Of a stretch of DNA of 32,000 nucleotides, positions 29,074-32,000 are shown in pieces. Every line of letters starts with the position of its first letter. Position 1 is the stretch's first letter. The stretch is from Vibrio vulnificus CMCP6 (GTDB lineage: Bacteria; Pseudomonadota; Gammaproteobacteria; Enterobacterales; Vibrionaceae). Location of the stretch: positions 690,001 through 722,000 of the forward strand of contig NC_004459.3 in assembly GCF_000039765.1 (NCBI RefSeq), in the 5' to 3' direction. Below the pieces are notes generated by a model, which searched no databases, was not told the origin of the DNA, and was given only the letters and a program-made list of their open reading frames with translations. Position numbers and translations under genes: made by a program.

Positions 29074-30674
29074 GGCGCCTTCTCCTGATGTTGATTCGAT
29101 TTGCTGCTGAGTAAGGACTCACTCAGGGCAAAACAGCCGACACTCAGCAGCAATAACGTGAGTGACACCACAGCTGCTGCCTCCATTTGATAACTGCCGA
29201 GTAACTGGTACAGATAGAGCGGTAGGGTACGAAAATCTTGACTACCAAATAAGGCAATCGCGCTCAAATCGCCAATGGAAAACATAAAACAGAGCGCAAA
29301 CGCATTGGCGAAAGGTTTACGCAGTGCTCGCCACTCAACGATTTTAAAACGATTCCACCCGCTTAAGCCCAATGTAGCAGCCAAGTATTGATACTGCTGC
29401 TCGCAATGCAACATCGGCTGAGCGAGCGTTTTGATGGCGTACGGTAATGCCATCAAACTGTTGACGATGATGACGATCAACAGCGACAAACTGAACACAT
29501 CTGCAAAACTGCGCAGCAATAAAAACAGCCCCGTACTCACCACCAAACCTGGCGTCACCAAGATGATGGTGCCCACCATCTCAATGCCGTCTGCAGGGTA
29601 TCGCAGACCACGCAACCGCCATGCACGACTGGTGAGCAAAATAGCAATCGCCGCGCCCACGGCTAACGTGGCGGCGCCAAACGCTACACGTAACGAGGCC
29701 CCCAGAGCGGACCAAAATCGGCCATCACTGATCACGTCGGGGAGCTTGCTGTTTATCCCGCTGGCCACCACAAACAGTAGCGGCGGAACCACCAGCAGCG
29801 TCGCCAGTGCTATCCACGCATAATCCCACATAAAATGACGCTTAGAAGCTGGGGTTAACTGAACGAAGCGGGTATGGCTGCCAACCGAGACAGGCAGCGG
29901 TTTAGTCAATCGCTGCAGCGCCAACACCAGCAAGCTACACAATAGCATTTGCCAGATCGCCAGTAGCGCTCCAGCTTGTAAGTCAAAATCAAATTTTATC
30001 GCTTGGTAGATAGCCAGCTCGATGGTGGTCGATTTTGGGCCGCCACCGAGGGCCATGACCGTGGCAAAGCTGGTGAAGCAAAGCATGAACACCAAGCCAC
30101 ACACATGTGGCAGTTGCTGGCGCAATCGCGGCCATTCGACCCAACGAAACTTCTGCCAGCTGTTCATACCAAGATGAGCCGCCAATTTGTGCTGCTCTGC
30201 CGGAATCGACTCTAAGGTTTGCAGCAGCAATCGCGCTGCATACGGCAAATTGAAAAACACGTGCGCGAGCAAAATGCCGCTCAATCCGTAGATCGAAAAG
30301 GGCAATTTGGCGTCAAAGCTCGCCAATACACTTGCCAACCAACCACTGTTCCCATAAATGGCCAACAAGCCAAACACGCCTACCAATACTGGCAGCACTA
30401 AAGTTGACGCAAACAATTTGAGCAATAGCGAGCGGCCAACAAAAAGTCGCCGAGACAAGGCGTGTGCGACAGGAAGCGCCAAACCGACACTCAGCAGCAT
30501 CGACAGCGTCGCTTGAAGAAAACTAAATTGCGTAACATGCCGGTAATAAGGATCTTGCCATACCGCCGTGAGATTCAGCGTCGGCGTCGCCAACAAGAGC
30601 GCCGAGAGAGCAGAAACAACAAAGGTCGCGATGATCATCGCGACCCCAATGCCCAATTTAGGAACCGAATTCAA
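29067..30674 (-). CDS. thiP: Thiamine ABC transporter permease ThiP
   Basis: 535 aa, a duplicated binding-protein-dependent permease colinear with E. coli ThiP (536 aa; GILLAHVFFNLP, GGGP..TTIELAIYQA, ALMA.PYA.K). TTG start at 30674, 9 nt after the thiB stop with an AAGG upstream. Confidence 0.93.
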   Translation of the reverse strand: MNSVPKLGIGVAMIIATFVVSALSALLLATPTLNLTAVWQDPYYRHVTQFSFLQATLSMLLSVGLALPVAHALSRRLFVGRSLLLKLFASTLVLPVLVGVFGLLAIYGNSGWLASVLASFDAKLPFSIYGLSGILLAHVFFNLPYAARLLLQTLESIPAEQHKLAAHLGMNSWQKFRWVEWPRLRQQLPHVCGLVFMLCFTSFATVMALGGGPKSTTIELAIYQAIKFDFDLQAGALLAIWQMLLCSLLVLALQRLTKPLPVSVGSHTRFVQLTPASKRHFMWDYAWIALATLLVVPPLLFVVASGINSKLPDVISDGRFWSALGASLRVAFGAATLAVGAAIAILLTSRAWRLRGLRYPADGIEMVGTIILVTPGLVVSTGLFLLLRSFADVFSLSLLIVIIVNSLMALPYAIKTLAQPMLHCEQQYQYLAATLGLSGWNRFKIVEWRALRKPFANAFALCFMFSIGDLSAIALFGSQDFRTLPLYLYQLLGSYQMEAAAVVSLTLLLLSVGCFALSESLLSSKSNQHQEKAPC

Positions 30675-30683
30675 TGCGACGCC

Positions 30684-31691
30684 TTAAAACGTCAACGCGC
30701 TTTGCCATTCGCGAATCCAAGCTTTACGCTGCTTCGCTACCTCTTCCGCACTGAAACTCAACGCCTTCTCAGGCACGGTTAAACTGCGGTAGCCCTCTGG
30801 CAGCGTCACGTTGGTCACTGGGTACATCCAGTTGCCCGTAGGCATTGCGCTTTGGAACTCATCACTCAAAATGAAACTCATAAACTGATCAGCCAGCGCT
30901 GAGTTCTGGCTACTTTTCACTTTTGCGGCGACTTCCACTTGCATGTAGTGTCCTTCACTAAAACCCGCCGCGGCATATTGCGCATCATTTTCGGCAATCA
31001 GGTGGTACGCAGGTGAGGTGGTGTAAGAGAGCACCATGTCCGATTCGCCTTTGAGGAACATCGAGTACGCTTCCGACCAACCTTTCGTGACCGTCACGGT
31101 TTTCTTCGCCAGTTGCTGCCATGCTCCAGCCACGTCATCGCCATACACTGACTTTATCCACAGCATCAAACCTTGACCGGGTGTTGAAGTGCGAGGGTCT
31201 TGGTAGATGACTTTCAGATCGTCGCGTGATTCCACCAGCTCTTTTAAGCTCTTGGGTGGATTCGCCAGTTTGCCTTTGTTGTAAACAAACGCAAAGTAAC
31301 CGTAGTCATAAGGAATAAACGTGTCGTCAGCCCAACCATTTGGCAATGACAGCGCTTGGGTGTTCACTTGATGTGGCGCCAGCAAACCTGTGGCTTTAGC
31401 TTCTGCCATCAAATTGTTATCCAAACCTAAAACAATATCCGCTTTGGTATTGCTGCCTTCTAAACGTAAGCGGTTGAGAATTGACACCCCATCGTCCAGC
31501 GCGACAAAATTCACATCGCAGCCGCACTGAGCTTCAAATGCTTTTTCGACTGTCGGGCCAGGGCCCCAATCGGAAGCAAAAGAATCGTAGGTATAAATGG
31601 TTAAGGTTTTGTCCGCCGCAAGTGCAGAAGAAGAGATGCCCATCATTGACGTGATTGACGCTAGGGCTATCAGGTTTAGAGTGTGTTTCAC
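30684..31691 (-). CDS. thiB: Thiamine/TPP-binding periplasmic protein ThiB (TbpA)
   Basis: The track ORF starts at ATG 31712, which has no SD. GTG 31691 lies 6 nt after GGAGAG (31703-31698) and gives MKHTLNLIALASITSMMGISSSALA/ADK, a signal peptide, for 335 aa. It is the first gene behind the TPP riboswitch. Confidence 0.9.
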   Translation of the reverse strand: MKHTLNLIALASITSMMGISSSALAADKTLTIYTYDSFASDWGPGPTVEKAFEAQCGCDVNFVALDDGVSILNRLRLEGSNTKADIVLGLDNNLMAEAKATGLLAPHQVNTQALSLPNGWADDTFIPYDYGYFAFVYNKGKLANPPKSLKELVESRDDLKVIYQDPRTSTPGQGLMLWIKSVYGDDVAGAWQQLAKKTVTVTKGWSEAYSMFLKGESDMVLSYTTSPAYHLIAENDAQYAAAGFSEGHYMQVEVAAKVKSSQNSALADQFMSFILSDEFQSAMPTGNWMYPVTNVTLPEGYRSLTVPEKALSFSAEEVAKQRKAWIREWQSALTF

Positions 31692-31768
31692 TGCTCGCTC
31701 TCCATTTGGCATGAGTTGAGCGGCACAGGCTTGAGGTAGGTGTTAATCGTCCTTGCTAATTAATCCCG

Positions 31769-31879
31769 ACTCAATTCCTACGCCAGCATTATCTGGTTCA
31801 GGTTTACGGGTCCTAGGCCTTTGCCTAGTCTCAGCCACTGCGATGCAATAAAACACCACAGTTAAGCGCCCCGATGAGT
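31769..31879 (-). promoter_or_regulatory. TPP (THI-box) riboswitch aptamer controlling thiBPQ
   Basis: The minus strand reads ACUCAUCGGGGCGC...GGCUGAGA-CUAGGCAAAGGCCUAG-GACCCGUAAACCUGAACCAGAUAAUGCUGGCGUAGGAAUUGAGU. It carries the conserved CUGAGA, ACCC, CCUGA and AUAAUGC..GCGUAGGAA elements. P1 is ACUCA/UGAGU. P3 is ACUGUGGUG/CAUCGCAGU. Confidence 0.9.
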
Positions 31880-31886
31880 GGTTCGG

Positions 31887-31915
31887 ATTGTAATCGGAAT
31901 GATCTCTCTTGGCTA
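31887..31915 (-). promoter_or_regulatory. Putative sigma70 promoter of the thi leader
   Basis: Minus strand reads TAGCCA (31915-31910), a 17-bp spacer, then TACAAT (31892-31887). The -10 ends about 8 nt before the riboswitch P1. Confidence 0.4.
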
Positions 31916-32000
31916 TACAGAGTCACCGTCATTGCGATGATCGTATCCCCAACGTGGCACCAAAACCTGTTCAATGCCGAGATGATCTAAGATACGCGCG
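31913..32000 (-). CDS. 3' end (28 codons) of an unidentified gene entering from the right edge
   Basis: The minus-strand frame starting at 31999 reads ARILDHLGIEQVLVPRWGYDHRNDGDSV then TAG (31915-31913). There is no competing plus-strand ORF. I cannot recognise the family from 28 residues. Confidence 0.3.
   Translation of the reverse strand, partial: ARILDHLGIEQVLVPRWGYDHRNDGDSV

Noticed and set aside
31692-31712. ATG 31712 as the thiB start (ORF-track call, MPNGERAVKH...)
   Set aside because: There is no SD upstream of it. The GGAGAG motif would lie inside the coding sequence, and the signal peptide would be displaced. GTG 31691 fits better.

Overview
This window reads as conserved core chromosome of a Vibrio-like gammaproteobacterium. 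That is an inference from protein sequences I recognise and from E. coli-like synteny; no database search was run. It holds about 38 tightly packed, apparently intact protein genes. In order: a yjjB/yjjP-like exporter pair; obgE(cgtA)-rpmA-rplU; ispB; mdh; argR; a TAXI-type TRAP transporter (binding protein plus an 859-aa fused permease); a Usp-family gene; plsC; murA-ibaG-mlaBCDEF; yrbG; kdsD-kdsC-lptC-lptA-lptB-rpoN-hpf-ptsN-rapZ-npr; mgtE; pmbA; yjgA; and thiBPQ behind a clear TPP riboswitch. Convergent gene pairs are separated by textbook intrinsic terminators. I found no tRNA or rRNA, no CRISPR array, no transposase, integrase or phage genes, no defence-type genes and no pseudogenes. I do not see a convincing novel multi-gene system here and do not want to invent one. 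The leads worth a second look are mostly non-coding. (1) An orphan minus-strand terminator with an upstream TATAAT between rplU and ispB, which could mark a small RNA or an insulator. (2) A strongly patterned leader and an unusual 195-bp intercistronic spacer in the TAXI-TRAP operon, whose permease also carries an uncharacterised C-terminal domain. (3) An mgtE leader with no M-box. (4) Two near-identical terminators bracketing pmbA-yjgA. CDS coordinates include the stop codon. Several ORF-track starts were trimmed to starts supported by homology or a ribosome-binding site.
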